Position numbers and translations under genes: made by a program
Shown here: piece after piece, positions 1 to 9,660 of the stretch
Layout of the letters: each line of letters begins with the position of its first letter
Position numbering within the stretch: the first letter of the stretch is position 1
Notes under the pieces: model-generated
The model's input: the letters and a program-made list of their open reading frames with translations, nothing else
What the model was told of the DNA's origin: nothing
Databases searched by the model: none
Origin: an uncultured bacterium
GTDB taxonomy: Bacteria; Margulisbacteria; WOR-1; CAVSGV01
Reading direction: 5' to 3'
Assembly: GCA_963699255.1 (NCBI GenBank)
Contig: OY969425.1
Location: 300,001 to 332,000 of the forward strand
DNA: 32,000 nucleotides

Positions 1-1
1 T

Positions 2-391
2 TGCGGAGGGGGGTCCCCGAAGAACTTTCTTCTTCAGACCGAACCGCAGATACAGGAAGTCCTGATGATACCGGATGTAGGGCAGGACTACTTTTTGCAA
101 ATAACGGATGCGCGTCCCGATACCGGAGGACTTTCCGGCGCAACGCCGTCAGAAGCTGTGAGCTGGGGCAAAGTGGATCCCGACAACATTGGTGATGCGG
201 TCATTGTCTACAGCGACGCTACCATAGTGCTTCCGCTGGTGACCTCTTATCTTTTGCAGAACGTAAAGCCGAGGAAGTTGAAAAGACTGTACAAAGAAAA
301 AGGGGAGAGTCTCGATCTGCTCAAAAAAGCATTCCATAAGCACAATACTTATTTTAAGGAGATAAATGCCATCCTCGACAAAAATGCCTAA
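2..391 (+). CDS. Deoxyhypusine-synthase-like protein, C-terminal part (5' truncated by window)
   Basis: Frame 2 is open from the window edge: [15 protein letters not shown]...[30 protein letters not shown]...[15 protein letters not shown]. The GGG.PKNF, GGLSG, EAVSWGK and SDATI.LP motifs are typical of the DHS family. Confidence 0.85.
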   Translation, partial: CGGGSPKNFLLQTEPQIQEVLMIPDVGQDYFLQITDARPDTGGLSGATPSEAVSWGKVDPDNIGDAVIVYSDATIVLPLVTSYLLQNVKPRKLKRLYKEKGESLDLLKKAFHKHNTYFKEINAILDKNA

Positions 392-1514
392 GAACCTGAA
401 GGTGCTGGCGAAAAAATACGGAACGCCCTTGCTTGTGATAGACCATGCAAGGATCAGGGATAAATACGCCCAATTCAGAAAACATCTGCCGAGGATAGGC
501 GTGTATTACGCCATAAAAGCAAATCCGGAACCGGATATAATCAAGACACTTCACGCCCTTAACAGCGGATTTGATGTCGCGAGCCAGGAAGAATTCGAGA
601 TGGTCATGGCCGCCGTGCCAAGGTCCGTGCTGAAAAAGAAGATCGATTTTGTTTACAACGACGTCATCCTCGCGAACACCATAAAGCCTGTCGAGACGCT
701 GAAGAAGATGATCCCGTACAGGACTTTGATGACCTTTGACAACCTCGATGAGTTGAAGAAGATAAAAAAGTATTGTCCCAATGCCGGGCTTATCATCAGG
801 CTGAGAGTCCCGAACATTGGTTCCGTTGTCGAGCTCTCTTCCAAATTCGGCATCGAGCCGTCCCAGGCCATGCCTCTTATAGACGCTGCGATAGGGATGG
901 GCGTGGACGTGGAGGGGATCAGCTTCCACGTTGGGAGCCAGTGTCTGAACATTGAAAATTACATGAATGCCTTTAATGCCGCCTCTGAACTCCTCAGATC
1001 CGCAAGAAGCAAAGGATATAATGTGAGGCTGATAAACATCGGCGGAGGTTTTCCGGCGAATTATGAGGGAGTGGACGTGTCGTTCCCCGCGTTCGCAAAA
1101 AAACTTTCGCAGGAGATCGACAGGCTTTTCTCGAAAGAGATCGAGATTGTGGCCGAGCCGGGCCGGTACCTTGTGGCGGAGTCGGCAAAACTGGTCGTAA
1201 AGATCATCGGCAAAGCTTACAGGGACGGCAAGACGTTCTATTACATCAATGACGGAGTATATAATACTCTGTCAGGCGTTATTTTTGACCACTGCGTATA
1301 CCATTTCCACGCTTTTAAGGGAGGCAAGGCATCGACAAGCGCCGTGGTCGGGCCGACCTGCGACGCGCTTGACACCGTTTCATTGAGCGAGAACCTGCCG
1401 GACATGGAGATCGGCGACCTATTATATGTAAATGACATCGGAGCCTACAGCAGCGCGTCGGCGACGAACTTCAATGGTTTTGCAAAGGCGAAGATAGTCC
1501 ATATCAACAAATAA
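366..1514 (+). CDS. Ornithine decarboxylase-like, fold III PLP-dependent decarboxylase
   Basis: 382 aa with [53 protein letters not shown] and NDIGAY motifs; lies between two polyamine genes. Confidence 0.88.
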   Translation: MPSSTKMPKNLKVLAKKYGTPLLVIDHARIRDKYAQFRKHLPRIGVYYAIKANPEPDIIKTLHALNSGFDVASQEEFEMVMAAVPRSVLKKKIDFVYNDVILANTIKPVETLKKMIPYRTLMTFDNLDELKKIKKYCPNAGLIIRLRVPNIGSVVELSSKFGIEPSQAMPLIDAAIGMGVDVEGISFHVGSQCLNIENYMNAFNAASELLRSARSKGYNVRLINIGGGFPANYEGVDVSFPAFAKKLSQEIDRLFSKEIEIVAEPGRYLVAESAKLVVKIIGKAYRDGKTFYYINDGVYNTLSGVIFDHCVYHFHAFKGGKASTSAVVGPTCDALDTVSLSENLPDMEIGDLLYVNDIGAYSSASATNFNGFAKAKIVHINK

Positions 1515-1532
1515 AAAAGGAGTGATGATAAA

Positions 1533-3125
1533 ATGAAGAACGGTCAATTTAACGGAAAAATCCTTGTTATCGGATGCGGCTCGGTCGCACAGTGCGCCAT
1601 TCCCCTGATACCAAGGATCCTCGGAGTTCCCCATCAGAACATAAGCATAATCGATTTCGTTGATAACAGGCACCGCATAAGAGATTCGTTAAAGATGGGC
1701 ATGTCGTACGATGTGGACAGGATAACGCCGGAAAATTACTCCGTACTCTTAAAAAAATATGTCGGCCCGGGAGACCTTATCATAGACCTTGCCTGGAACA
1801 TCGAGACGAAAACGATGCTGCAGTGGTGCAGGAAGAACGGGGTCCTGTACGTTAACACATCCGTTGAAGAATGGGACCCGTATAAAGACAAAGAGAGGAA
1901 AGATCCGACCAGATACACGCTTTACTTCAGGCAGATGCAGATTAAGGAAATGATAAATAGGTGGGGGGACAACGAGGGCCCGACCGCGATAGTGGACCAC
2001 GGGGCCAACCCCGGCCTTGTATCGCATTTCACCAAGTACGCGCTGATCGACATCGCCAAAAAGATAATCAAGGAAAAGCCGGGCGATAAGAGACGCGCGT
2101 CATTGGAAGCGGCTATCAGCAATAAAGATTTTCCGATGCTCGGCATGCTGACGGGGACCAAGGTGATCCATATTTCGGAACGCGACACGCAGGTGACCAA
2201 CAGACCGAAGGAAGTGAACGAGTTCGTCAATACATGGAGCATCGAAGGATTCTATGAAGAAGGAGTTGCTCCCGCCGAGCTCGGATGGGGAACGCACGAG
2301 CGCTGGATACCCGTTGACGCGCACTTTCACAAGACCGGTCCCAGGAACCAGATATGCCTTGAGAGCATGGGAATGAAGACGTGGGTAAGATCGTGGGTGC
2401 CCTGCGGGGAAATAACGGGAATGGTCATAAGGCACGGGGAGGCTTTCAGCATTTCCGACAGGCTCACGTTATGGAAGGACGGGGAAGCAGTTTACAGGCC
2501 TACGGTTCACTACGCGTATTGTCCAAGCGACAGCGCCATTAACTCTCTGCATGAGCTCGAAATGAGGGATTTCAAGATGCAGGGAAAGCAGAGGATAATG
2601 TCGGATGAGATAATCGACGGACGGGATGAACTCGGCGTGCTTCTTATGGGGCATGATTTTAAATCCTGGTGGACCGGAAGCCTGCTTGATATCCACACCA
2701 CAAGGAAACTGGTCCCGCACCAGCAGGCGACGGTCCTTCAGGTGGCTGTCTCCGCCGTTGCTGCGGCAAAGTGGATGATACAGAACCCGAGAAAAGGCTT
2801 CAACCTGCCCGATGACATAGATCACGAGTTCATTCTTAATGTCAGCATGCCGTACATAAAGCCGTTCGTTTCACAGCCCGTTGACTGGACGCCGCTTAAG
2901 AACATGAATAAAAGATTCGTGTTCTTCGACCATAAGAAGTTCAAGAATGACGATGTCTGGCAGTTCGTGACCTTCATGGTCGACCGGGAAAAGGCGGCTC
3001 TGGCCAGGAAGAAGACAGTACAGCGAAAAAAACCTAAACTCATGGCCTCAAAGCGCTCAAAGAACGGCCTGTTAAAAAAGATGTCCCACAAAGGGCAGGG
3101 GGCTCAATTAGAGGCCCGGGTTTAG
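1533..3125 (+). CDS. hss: Homospermidine synthase (saccharopine dehydrogenase-like fold)
   Basis: N-terminal GKILVIGCGSVAQCAIPLI Rossmann motif, then DLAWNIETKTMLQWCRKNGVLYVNTSVEEWDPY and AIVDHGANPGLVSHF, characteristic of bacterial homospermidine synthase. RBS-like aaggagtgatg upstream. Confidence 0.9.
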   Translation: MKNGQFNGKILVIGCGSVAQCAIPLIPRILGVPHQNISIIDFVDNRHRIRDSLKMGMSYDVDRITPENYSVLLKKYVGPGDLIIDLAWNIETKTMLQWCRKNGVLYVNTSVEEWDPYKDKERKDPTRYTLYFRQMQIKEMINRWGDNEGPTAIVDHGANPGLVSHFTKYALIDIAKKIIKEKPGDKRRASLEAAISNKDFPMLGMLTGTKVIHISERDTQVTNRPKEVNEFVNTWSIEGFYEEGVAPAELGWGTHERWIPVDAHFHKTGPRNQICLESMGMKTWVRSWVPCGEITGMVIRHGEAFSISDRLTLWKDGEAVYRPTVHYAYCPSDSAINSLHELEMRDFKMQGKQRIMSDEIIDGRDELGVLLMGHDFKSWWTGSLLDIHTTRKLVPHQQATVLQVAVSAVAAAKWMIQNPRKGFNLPDDIDHEFILNVSMPYIKPFVSQPVDWTPLKNMNKRFVFFDHKKFKNDDVWQFVTFMVDREKAALARKKTVQRKKPKLMASKRSKNGLLKKMSHKGQGAQLEARV

Positions 3126-3163
3126 CAGGCGTTTTTACTTATGATTGCAGGTTTATGTAACTT

Positions 3164-3940
3164 CTAGATAACGACCTTCGGATACATATACGCGCTGATA
3201 ATCGATATGACGAATGTGGTGAACAGGAGAACCGCGATATCCAGGGGAAGCATGGACATGTTCCCTGTTACCAGAAGAGCGCGAAGCCCGTCCACCATGT
3301 AGCTTAGCGGATTCGCGTATGCGAAGATCTGAAGCCACCTGGGCATGATGCTTATCGGGTATATCGCGTTCGAGGCGAAGAAGAGTGGAAGCGTTATTAC
3401 CTGGCCTATCCCCATGAACCGCTCCCTTGTTTTCACTATCGAAGCGATGATCATCGAGAGCCCCGTGAAGAAGCCGGCGCCTAGCATCGTGATGATGACG
3501 ACCCCTAGGATTGGGAAGGGCGTCAGATTGAGATGGACCTGCAGGAGTTCGGCAAAAAGGAAAACGATCACCACCTGGCTTAACCCGCGTATGCCTGCCG
3601 AGATCATCTTTCCCAGTACAAGCGCGAGGCGCGGTGTGGGGGTAACAAGCATCTTCTGGAGCAGTCCCATATCGCGCTCCCATATGATCGCTATCCCGTA
3701 GAAGATCGCAACGAACGTTACCGATTGTGTGAGTATGCCCGGAGTTATGAACTGGAGGTAAGTATATCCTTCGGTAGGTATCGCCCTTACCTTGCTCATC
3801 GCCTCTCCAAAAATGCCCAGCCAGAGTATCGGCTGCACTGCGCGCGTGATGAGCTCGGTCGGATCGTGGATGAGCTTTCGCACTTCCATTTCAACTATTA
3901 CGCTCGATTTCATGAATATCTGTAAAAAATATCTCATCAT
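3164..3940 (-). CDS. ABC-2 type transporter permease
   Basis: 258 aa with several hydrophobic segments; ELITRAVQPILWLGIFGEAM... and ...YANPLSYMVDGLRALL are typical of daunorubicin-type ABC-2 permeases; next to an ATPase gene. Confidence 0.88.
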   Translation of the reverse strand: MMRYFLQIFMKSSVIVEMEVRKLIHDPTELITRAVQPILWLGIFGEAMSKVRAIPTEGYTYLQFITPGILTQSVTFVAIFYGIAIIWERDMGLLQKMLVTPTPRLALVLGKMISAGIRGLSQVVIVFLFAELLQVHLNLTPFPILGVVIITMLGAGFFTGLSMIIASIVKTRERFMGIGQVITLPLFFASNAIYPISIMPRWLQIFAYANPLSYMVDGLRALLVTGNMSMLPLDIAVLLFTTFVISIISAYMYPKVVI

Positions 3941-3944
3941 ACTT

Positions 3945-4742
3945 CTATCCTAATCGTTGTTGATTTCTCCTCGACCTGCGTATCTCGCGAAAGCTGCTCA
4001 CGTCGTTCTGTAAATTACCCGTGAAAAAGATGAATGCATCCTCAAGATCCGCGTCTTTCTTGCCGGTCATCTCTTTCAACTCACGCACGCTGCCGATCAC
4101 CGCGATCTTGCCGGCATCCATGATGGCGACACGGTCGCTTACTTCTTCGGCTTCCTCCATGTTGTGAGTTGAAAAGAATATCGTCGTTGAGAATTTGTCG
4201 CGAAGCTCAAGGAGATGTTCCCAGACATTCTGTTTTGCGACCGGATCGAGCCCCGATGTAGGTTCATCCAGAAAAAGGACGCGTGGACGGTGAAGCATCG
4301 CCTGTCCGATCTCAAGCTTTCTGATCATTCCTCCCGAGAACTCTCTGACGAGCGAGTTGGTTGACTTTTCAAGCCGCAGGAAGGCAAGTGTTTGTTTTAC
4401 GCGCTCGCCGCATTCACGGAAAGGGATATCATATAACTTTGCCATAAGCATCAGGTTTTCATATGCGCTAAGCGAGCCGTCAACGGAGATAAGCTGGGGT
4501 ACGTATCCGATGATCCTGCGCACCTCGGCCGGATCACGGACAACGTTGTGCCCGTCGATGACCGCCTTGCCTTCAGTGGGTGCGAGAAGGGTAATGAGCA
4601 TCTTTATCGTGGTCGTCTTGCCCGCCCCGTTCGGACCGAGGAATGCGAAGATCTCTCCCTTTTGTACGCTGAAAGATATCGAGTTGACAGCGGTAAAATG
4701 CTTGAACCGCTTGGTCAGGTTTTCAACGGTGACGATATTCAT
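3945..4742 (-). CDS. ABC transporter ATP-binding protein (drug/daunorubicin-type)
   Basis: Walker A GPNGAGKTT, signature FSGGM, Walker B RVLFLDEPTSGLDP. Confidence 0.93.
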   Translation of the reverse strand: MNIVTVENLTKRFKHFTAVNSISFSVQKGEIFAFLGPNGAGKTTTIKMLITLLAPTEGKAVIDGHNVVRDPAEVRRIIGYVPQLISVDGSLSAYENLMLMAKLYDIPFRECGERVKQTLAFLRLEKSTNSLVREFSGGMIRKLEIGQAMLHRPRVLFLDEPTSGLDPVAKQNVWEHLLELRDKFSTTIFFSTHNMEEAEEVSDRVAIMDAGKIAVIGSVRELKEMTGKKDADLEDAFIFFTGNLQNDVSSFREIRRSRRNQQRLG

Positions 4743-4821
4743 GTTCGGCCATTATACTGACGCCCGGCCACATTCTCAAATTCGGGGGCATCATTGACAA
4801 TTCACCTCACATATAATAAGA

Positions 4822-4833
4822 TTGATGTATCAA
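4822..4833. promoter_or_regulatory. Candidate MarR operator (short inverted repeat)
   Basis: TTGAT-gt-ATCAA in the divergent intergenic region between the ABC transporter (minus) and the MarR gene (plus). Confidence 0.35.
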
Positions 4834-4861
4834 TAGTTGATTATACATATATATATCGGAG

Positions 4862-5293
4862 GTGTCCATGTCATATTATTTTCTTCTTGAGAAATTCTTC
4901 AGGCTGAAAAAAGCCCTGAACATGAGGGCTGTTCATGAGCTTAAAGATCTGGGCATACATCCGAAACAGGCGTCAATACTCTACTGCATAAACAAATTCG
5001 GGCCGATGTCGTCCGCAAAGCTGGCGGTGCATACTCTCAGCGATCCGGCAGCCATAACACGATCGCTGGACTTACTGGTGGTCAGCGGTCTGGTGGAGAA
5101 AAAAGATTCATCGAATGACCGCCGCGCATGGGAGCTCCATCTTACTTCGAAAGGCGAAAAAATGGCCAGGGAGATCGGTCATAAGCAGGAGATGCTCGCC
5201 ACCGAGATATTCAGCAAGTTGTCTGCCAAAGACAGGGCGGCTTTTTCAGGCCTGCTGGATATGGTCGCTGATGTCGTTGAGGAAAAGCCTTAA
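4862..5293 (+). CDS. MarR family transcriptional regulator
   Basis: 143 aa; LGIHPKQASILYCINKFGPMSSAKLAV...DPAAITRSLDLLVVSGLVEKKDSSNDRRAWELHLTSKG winged-helix pattern. Confidence 0.88.
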   Translation: MSMSYYFLLEKFFRLKKALNMRAVHELKDLGIHPKQASILYCINKFGPMSSAKLAVHTLSDPAAITRSLDLLVVSGLVEKKDSSNDRRAWELHLTSKGEKMAREIGHKQEMLATEIFSKLSAKDRAAFSGLLDMVADVVEEKP

Positions 5294-5312
5294 ATAGAAA
5301 AGGAGAGATAAG

Positions 5313-6155
5313 ATGGATGAAAATAAACCGGAGCATCACAATAAACCATGGCATAAGAGGGAAAGAGTAAAGTGGTTTGCGGCAGCACTTATAGTGCTTG
5401 TATTGATAGGATTTGTCGCCTGGTGGGTCCTTTTCAGGTCATATGTATCAACAAATGATTCAAGAATTGCCATGAATATCATAAGGGTGTCGCCGGTCGG
5501 GGTTGGCGGGACCATCGAAAAAGTCATGGCGGAAGAGGGAGATGCTGTAAAGGAAGGGCAGGTGATCGCTGAAATAGACCACAGAGTGCCTGAAGCGAAT
5601 TACCAGAAAGCGAAAGCTAAATTCGAGCTAGCAAACGCTGAGCTTAAACGCCTAAAAGGTCTTTACGGCAAAAATTTCGCCTCAAAAAGAGATCTCGACA
5701 ATGCCAAAATGAACTATGATATCGCGGAAGCCGAACTCAGACTGACGGAAGTGAACCTTCAGAACACGTACCTGAAAAGCCCTATGGACGGGATCGTCAT
5801 ACAAAAGCTCGCGTTTCCGGGCAATTTACTCGAGCCCGATCAGGTTGCGGTAATAATAGCCGATGTTGACCATGCCTGGGTCAGCGCTAACATAGAAGAG
5901 ACCCGTATCGCGCAGGTGAAACCCGGCCAGTTCGTAACGATACACATTGATGAAGGCGGGACGCTGACAGGAAGGGTGCAGGAGATAACATCCGCTACCG
6001 CGTCGCAGTTCTCGCTTCTCCCGACCGAGAACGCGTCTGGCAATTTCACAAAAGTCGTTCAGAAGATCCCGATAAAGATAGCACTTGATCCTCACCCTGG
6101 CATAAGGACCCTTCGAGCGGGCCAGTCGGTTACAATAAAGATCAGGGTCAGGTAA
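5313..6155 (+). CDS. HlyD/EmrA-type membrane fusion protein
   Basis: Single N-terminal TM; VGGTIEKVMAEEGDAVKEGQVIAEID; YLKSPMDGIVIQ; DVDHAWVSANIEETRIAQVKPGQ. Confidence 0.9.
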   Translation: MDENKPEHHNKPWHKRERVKWFAAALIVLVLIGFVAWWVLFRSYVSTNDSRIAMNIIRVSPVGVGGTIEKVMAEEGDAVKEGQVIAEIDHRVPEANYQKAKAKFELANAELKRLKGLYGKNFASKRDLDNAKMNYDIAEAELRLTEVNLQNTYLKSPMDGIVIQKLAFPGNLLEPDQVAVIIADVDHAWVSANIEETRIAQVKPGQFVTIHIDEGGTLTGRVQEITSATASQFSLLPTENASGNFTKVVQKIPIKIALDPHPGIRTLRAGQSVTIKIRVR

Positions 6156-6156
6156 A

Positions 6157-7724
6157 ATGACCCGGAAGCCTTTATCTCCGGACCCGAATTATAAATGGAG
6201 CGTCCTGATCATAGTCATGATCGGCATGGTAATGGCGATGCTTGATTCAAGCATCGTGAACGTTTCGATCCCGAAGATAATGGCTGATTTCGGTTCCAGC
6301 GTCGCGGACATCGAATGGGTCGTTACCGCGTACATGCTCGGGTTCGCCGTCCTCATGCCTCTTACCGCCTGGTTCAGGGACAGGGTAGGGCACAAACTCC
6401 TTTACTCGATGAGCCTTATCGTATTCACCGTGGGATCCCTTTTGTGCGGGCTTGCATGGAACCTTCCCTCGCTTATCGCGGCAAGGGTCATACAATCGTT
6501 CGGCGGAGGAGCCATGAATCCCACGGGCATGGCCATGATCGCCGAAGCGTTCGATGCAAGGGAGCGGGGAAAGGCCATGGGATATTTCGGGGTGGCGATA
6601 GTTCTCGGACCCGCGCTCGGACCCACACTGGGAGGATTCCTTACCGAGGTGTTCGGCTGGAGGTCCGTTTTTCTGGTGAATCTCCCCATAGGGATCATCA
6701 ACATGATTATGGCAATGGAAATGCTGGTCCCGGACAGGCCCGGGCCCGAATCGCATAAGCCTTTTGACATGTGGGGTTTTGTTTTTCTTACCATCTTCCT
6801 TATCTCTTTTCTTCTCGGGATGTCCAGGGGAGAGACGGAAGGCTGGACTTCTAGATATATAATGATCTGCGCGGCGCTTGCGGCGATCAGTTTTTCAAGT
6901 TTTATCATCACGGAAACTCTTGTCCGCGACAGGATAATGGACCTTGGTCTGTTCAGGCATCCTGTATTCAGCGTTGCCATGCTTATTTCCGCCATCAGGA
7001 GTGTCGCACTTTTTGGAGGAGTATTCCTTTTACCTTTATTTCTTCAACAGTTAAAAGGTCTGTCCGCGGTCCAGAGCGGCCTCATCCTTATGCCGGGCAC
7101 GCTGGTGATGGCGCTGGTAATGCCTGTTGTTGGATTTATTACCGGCAAGGTAAGTCCTCGTTTTTTGGCAATGGTTGGACTAACTATACTTGCTTACTCA
7201 ATGTTCATGTACAAGGATATCAGTATTTATATGAGCAACTGGGATATTGTTTTTCCAACGATGGTAAGGGGTGTGGGTATGTGCCTTCTTATGGCGCCGA
7301 TAATGACGCTGGCACTGAATTCGATCCCGCGTCATAAGGCGGGGATGGCTTCATCCATGATGAGCATCATCCAGCAGGTCGGGGGCGCGATCGGGATAGC
7401 GCTGCTGTCCACCGTCCTTGATAACAGGACCAAATTCCACACGAACAATATGGGGCCGATGATACAGTCCGGCACCCGAAATTCATCGAGACGATAAATG
7501 CGATAGCTTCCCGGGCCCATGTTATCGGCATGACGAATTTAAATTCGGTCCTGGCCGCGAAAACAGCCGTGATGAAATATTTTTATATGGCGATGATGGG
7601 ATATGGATTCCAGGATGCTTTTGTTTTCGCTACCGGGCTCATAGTTCTGTCGCTGATCCCAACACTGCTTCTTCCTAACAAGAACGTGATACATCACTCG
7701 CAGGATAGCGTCATAATGGAGTAA
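6157..7724 (+). pseudogene. DHA2-family MFS drug transporter (EmrB-like) with a frameshift near nt 7470-7475
   Basis: Frame 1 ORF 6157..7497 is an EmrB-like MFS protein, but its C-terminal homology resumes in frame 3 (HPKFIETINAIASRAHVIGMTNLNSVLAAKTAVMKYFYMAMMGYGFQDAFVFATGLIVLSLIPTLLLP...), covering the last TM region up to nt 7724. Confidence 0.8.
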
Positions 7725-7751
7725 GCTGGTTTTGGATTATTTACGCTTCTT

Positions 7752-8330
7752 TTACAAGTTTTCCGCCAGTACTTCGTAATAAGCCTGAGGGTGTTTACAG
7801 GCAGGGCATTGTTTGGGCGCTTCTTCTCCTTCATATATATAGCCGCAGTTGATGCAGTGCCATTTTACAGTTTTCTTTTTCTTGAAAACTTCGCCGTTCG
7901 CGATATTGCTGATAAGTTTCCTGTATCTTGACTCGTGGAATTTCTCGACCTTGGCGACCTGGTCGAAAGTGTTCGCGATGTCTGAAAAGCCTTCATCACG
8001 GGCGATCCTGCTGAAATCCGAATAAAGGGTCGTCCATTCCAGGTTTTCTCCGGCAGCCGCTTCTTCCAGATTGGACTTTGTGTCTTTGATCATTCCCGCG
8101 GGATAACTGGCTGTGATCTCTAAGTCCCCTCCCTCCAGGGCTTTAAAGAATAGCTTGGCATGTTCCTTTTCGTTCTCGGCCGTCTCGGTAAAGATATTGG
8201 CGATCTGCTCAAAACCTTCTTTCCTTGCCGCGCTCGCGAAATAGGTGTAACGGTTGCGCGCCTGCGATTCCCCCGCGAACGCCTTTAAAAGATTCTGCTC
8301 TGTCTTGGTTCCTTTCAGTGATTTTCCCAT
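7752..8330 (-). CDS. Rubrerythrin
   Basis: Ferritin-like ESQARNRYTYFASAARKEG, ENEKEHAKLFF, EKFHESRY, and C-terminal rubredoxin-like CINCGYIYEGEEAPKQCPACKHP. Confidence 0.95.
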   Translation of the reverse strand: MGKSLKGTKTEQNLLKAFAGESQARNRYTYFASAARKEGFEQIANIFTETAENEKEHAKLFFKALEGGDLEITASYPAGMIKDTKSNLEEAAAGENLEWTTLYSDFSRIARDEGFSDIANTFDQVAKVEKFHESRYRKLISNIANGEVFKKKKTVKWHCINCGYIYEGEEAPKQCPACKHPQAYYEVLAENL

Positions 8331-8356
8331 ATAATTCCCTCCTTATTTCCGGATAT

Positions 8357-8566
8357 TCAGACAATGATCTTGGAAGCCTTCTGTTTATCAATAATTTCTA
8401 AAAGGCCCGCGTCAGGTTTATTTGATCCGTCACCAGGGACCTGGCTCCACTCCGCGCCCTCTTTCTTTGTGTCGAGGTTCCGGTTCTCTTGTCCAGCAAT
8501 ATCTTTTTGAGCGAGCCTAAAAGACCAGGTTCCAAGCTTGTTTCCGACCCTATTAATAATGGTCAT
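8357..8566 (-). CDS. Small protein of unknown function
   Basis: 69 aa ORF directly upstream of the rubrerythrin gene, same strand; no family recognised. Confidence 0.35.
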   Translation of the reverse strand: MTIINRVGNKLGTWSFRLAQKDIAGQENRNLDTKKEGAEWSQVPGDGSNKPDAGLLEIIDKQKASKIIV

Positions 8567-8778
8567 CTAACTCACCCCCGAATCATTCCGGTCATTATTT
8601 TATAGTAATTCCAAAAAAAAGCAAACTCACCGAAACTTACTCTTCCTAAAAGATATAAGCCCGTCAGAAAGTCGACTTTTCTAATGACATTCTAAGCTTT
8701 CTTTAATGGCGTTTTAATCCGGCCGTGATAACATTCTGCGCGGGAAGATCAAATATAAGAACCGAGGAGGTGATACAA

Positions 8779-9036
8779 GTGAAAAAGAGTTTTACAGCAT
8801 TATTCATGTTGCTATTGGTCCTAGGCTGTTTCTCGGCAAATGTCGTTTTTGCAGATCAGGTAGCGGTGAGTCAGGAAGCTCAAAAGGTAAAACAGGACAG
8901 AAAGCAGTTAAAACAGGATAAGAAAGCCCTCAAAGCAGCCAAAAAGGCGGCCAGAAAGGCAAAACGTGCGGCAAGGAAGCAGCAAAAGCAGGGAACAAGC
9001 GAGGCCACACCGGCTCCGGTCCAAACAAATCAGTGA
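8779..9036 (+). CDS. Small secreted Lys/Ala-rich protein
   Basis: GTG start after an aggaggtgat SD (nt 8764-8773); signal peptide VKKSFTALFMLLLVLGCFSANVVFA followed by KQDRKQLKQDKKALKAAKKAARKAKRAARKQQKQ. Confidence 0.7.
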   Translation: MKKSFTALFMLLLVLGCFSANVVFADQVAVSQEAQKVKQDRKQLKQDKKALKAAKKAARKAKRAARKQQKQGTSEATPAPVQTNQ

Positions 9037-9053
9037 TCACTGAAACATAAATA

Positions 9054-9087
9054 TAAAGCCGAGGGGACTTAAACCCTTCGGCTTTTG
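9054..9087 (+). terminator. Rho-independent terminator
   Basis: AAAGCCGAGGGG-acttaaa-CCCTTCGGCTTTTG stem-loop followed by T-rich sequence. Confidence 0.7.
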
Positions 9088-9151
9088 TTTGTAAAACCCC
9101 AATAGGAACGGATGGTGGGTTAGTCTGCGTATCAAGGATCCGAAATAATTT

Positions 9152-9197
9152 AATTTCCAATTCACAATTTACAATTTGACATTTATTATTGGAAATT
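9152..9197. repeat. AT-rich inverted repeat
   Basis: AATTTCCAAT (9152-9161) and ATTGGAAATT (9188-9197), perfect 10-bp arms. Confidence 0.6.
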
Positions 9198-9326
9198 GGT
9201 CATTACCCGAAGGGTTGGCTCCCCCTAGTAGACATGTTCAGGAACCGACTTATTAAGGTTGAGCTTAGCCTTCAATACATTAAATCTATTTATTCTTGTC
9301 TTAGAATTGAACCCGTAATTGTTTAA

Positions 9327-9659
9327 CTAATGTGGTTTTGGCGAACTGAGAAAATCAAACAGAAATTTAAGAGCAACTCCAAGAACTACAAGAAAAATGG
9401 CCCAAAGAGCATCCCCCCATTGTTTGAGTCTAGAAAAGACCGCATTTCTATCAACTTCTTGGATTAGTTTTTTTATTTCATTTTTTATATTTTCATCCTT
9501 TTTTACCATAGAACAAAAGAGATCGCAAAATAATTTATCTAGTTTTTTTGAATCCTTTGACGCTTCTTCCAATGCAAGAGCAATTTGTTCTGGTTTTAAT
9601 CTATTTTCAAGTACCGTTACGCGGTCTTTTATGCTTGGTTTATCAACATTACCTGCCAT
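9327..9659 (-). CDS. Hypothetical protein with C-terminal transmembrane segment
   Basis: 110 aa, charged/coiled-coil-like N-terminus and hydrophobic ALWAIFLVVLGVALKFLFDFL; start is 1 nt from the stop of the upstream ORF. Confidence 0.6.
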   Translation of the reverse strand: MAGNVDKPSIKDRVTVLENRLKPEQIALALEEASKDSKKLDKLFCDLFCSMVKKDENIKNEIKKLIQEVDRNAVFSRLKQWGDALWAIFLVVLGVALKFLFDFLSSPKPH

Positions 9660-9660
9660 A

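Noticed and set aside
354-929. 191-aa antisense ORF
   Set aside because: Opposite a strongly supported ornithine decarboxylase gene; His/Arg-rich shadow ORF with no recognisable features.
3153-3683. 176-aa plus-strand ORF
   Set aside because: Shadow ORF opposite the ABC-2 permease gene.
6247-6995. Antisense and alternate-frame ORFs over emrB (6247-6756, 6315-6758, 6402-6995)
   Set aside because: Overlap a well-supported MFS transporter; low-complexity charged products typical of shadow frames.
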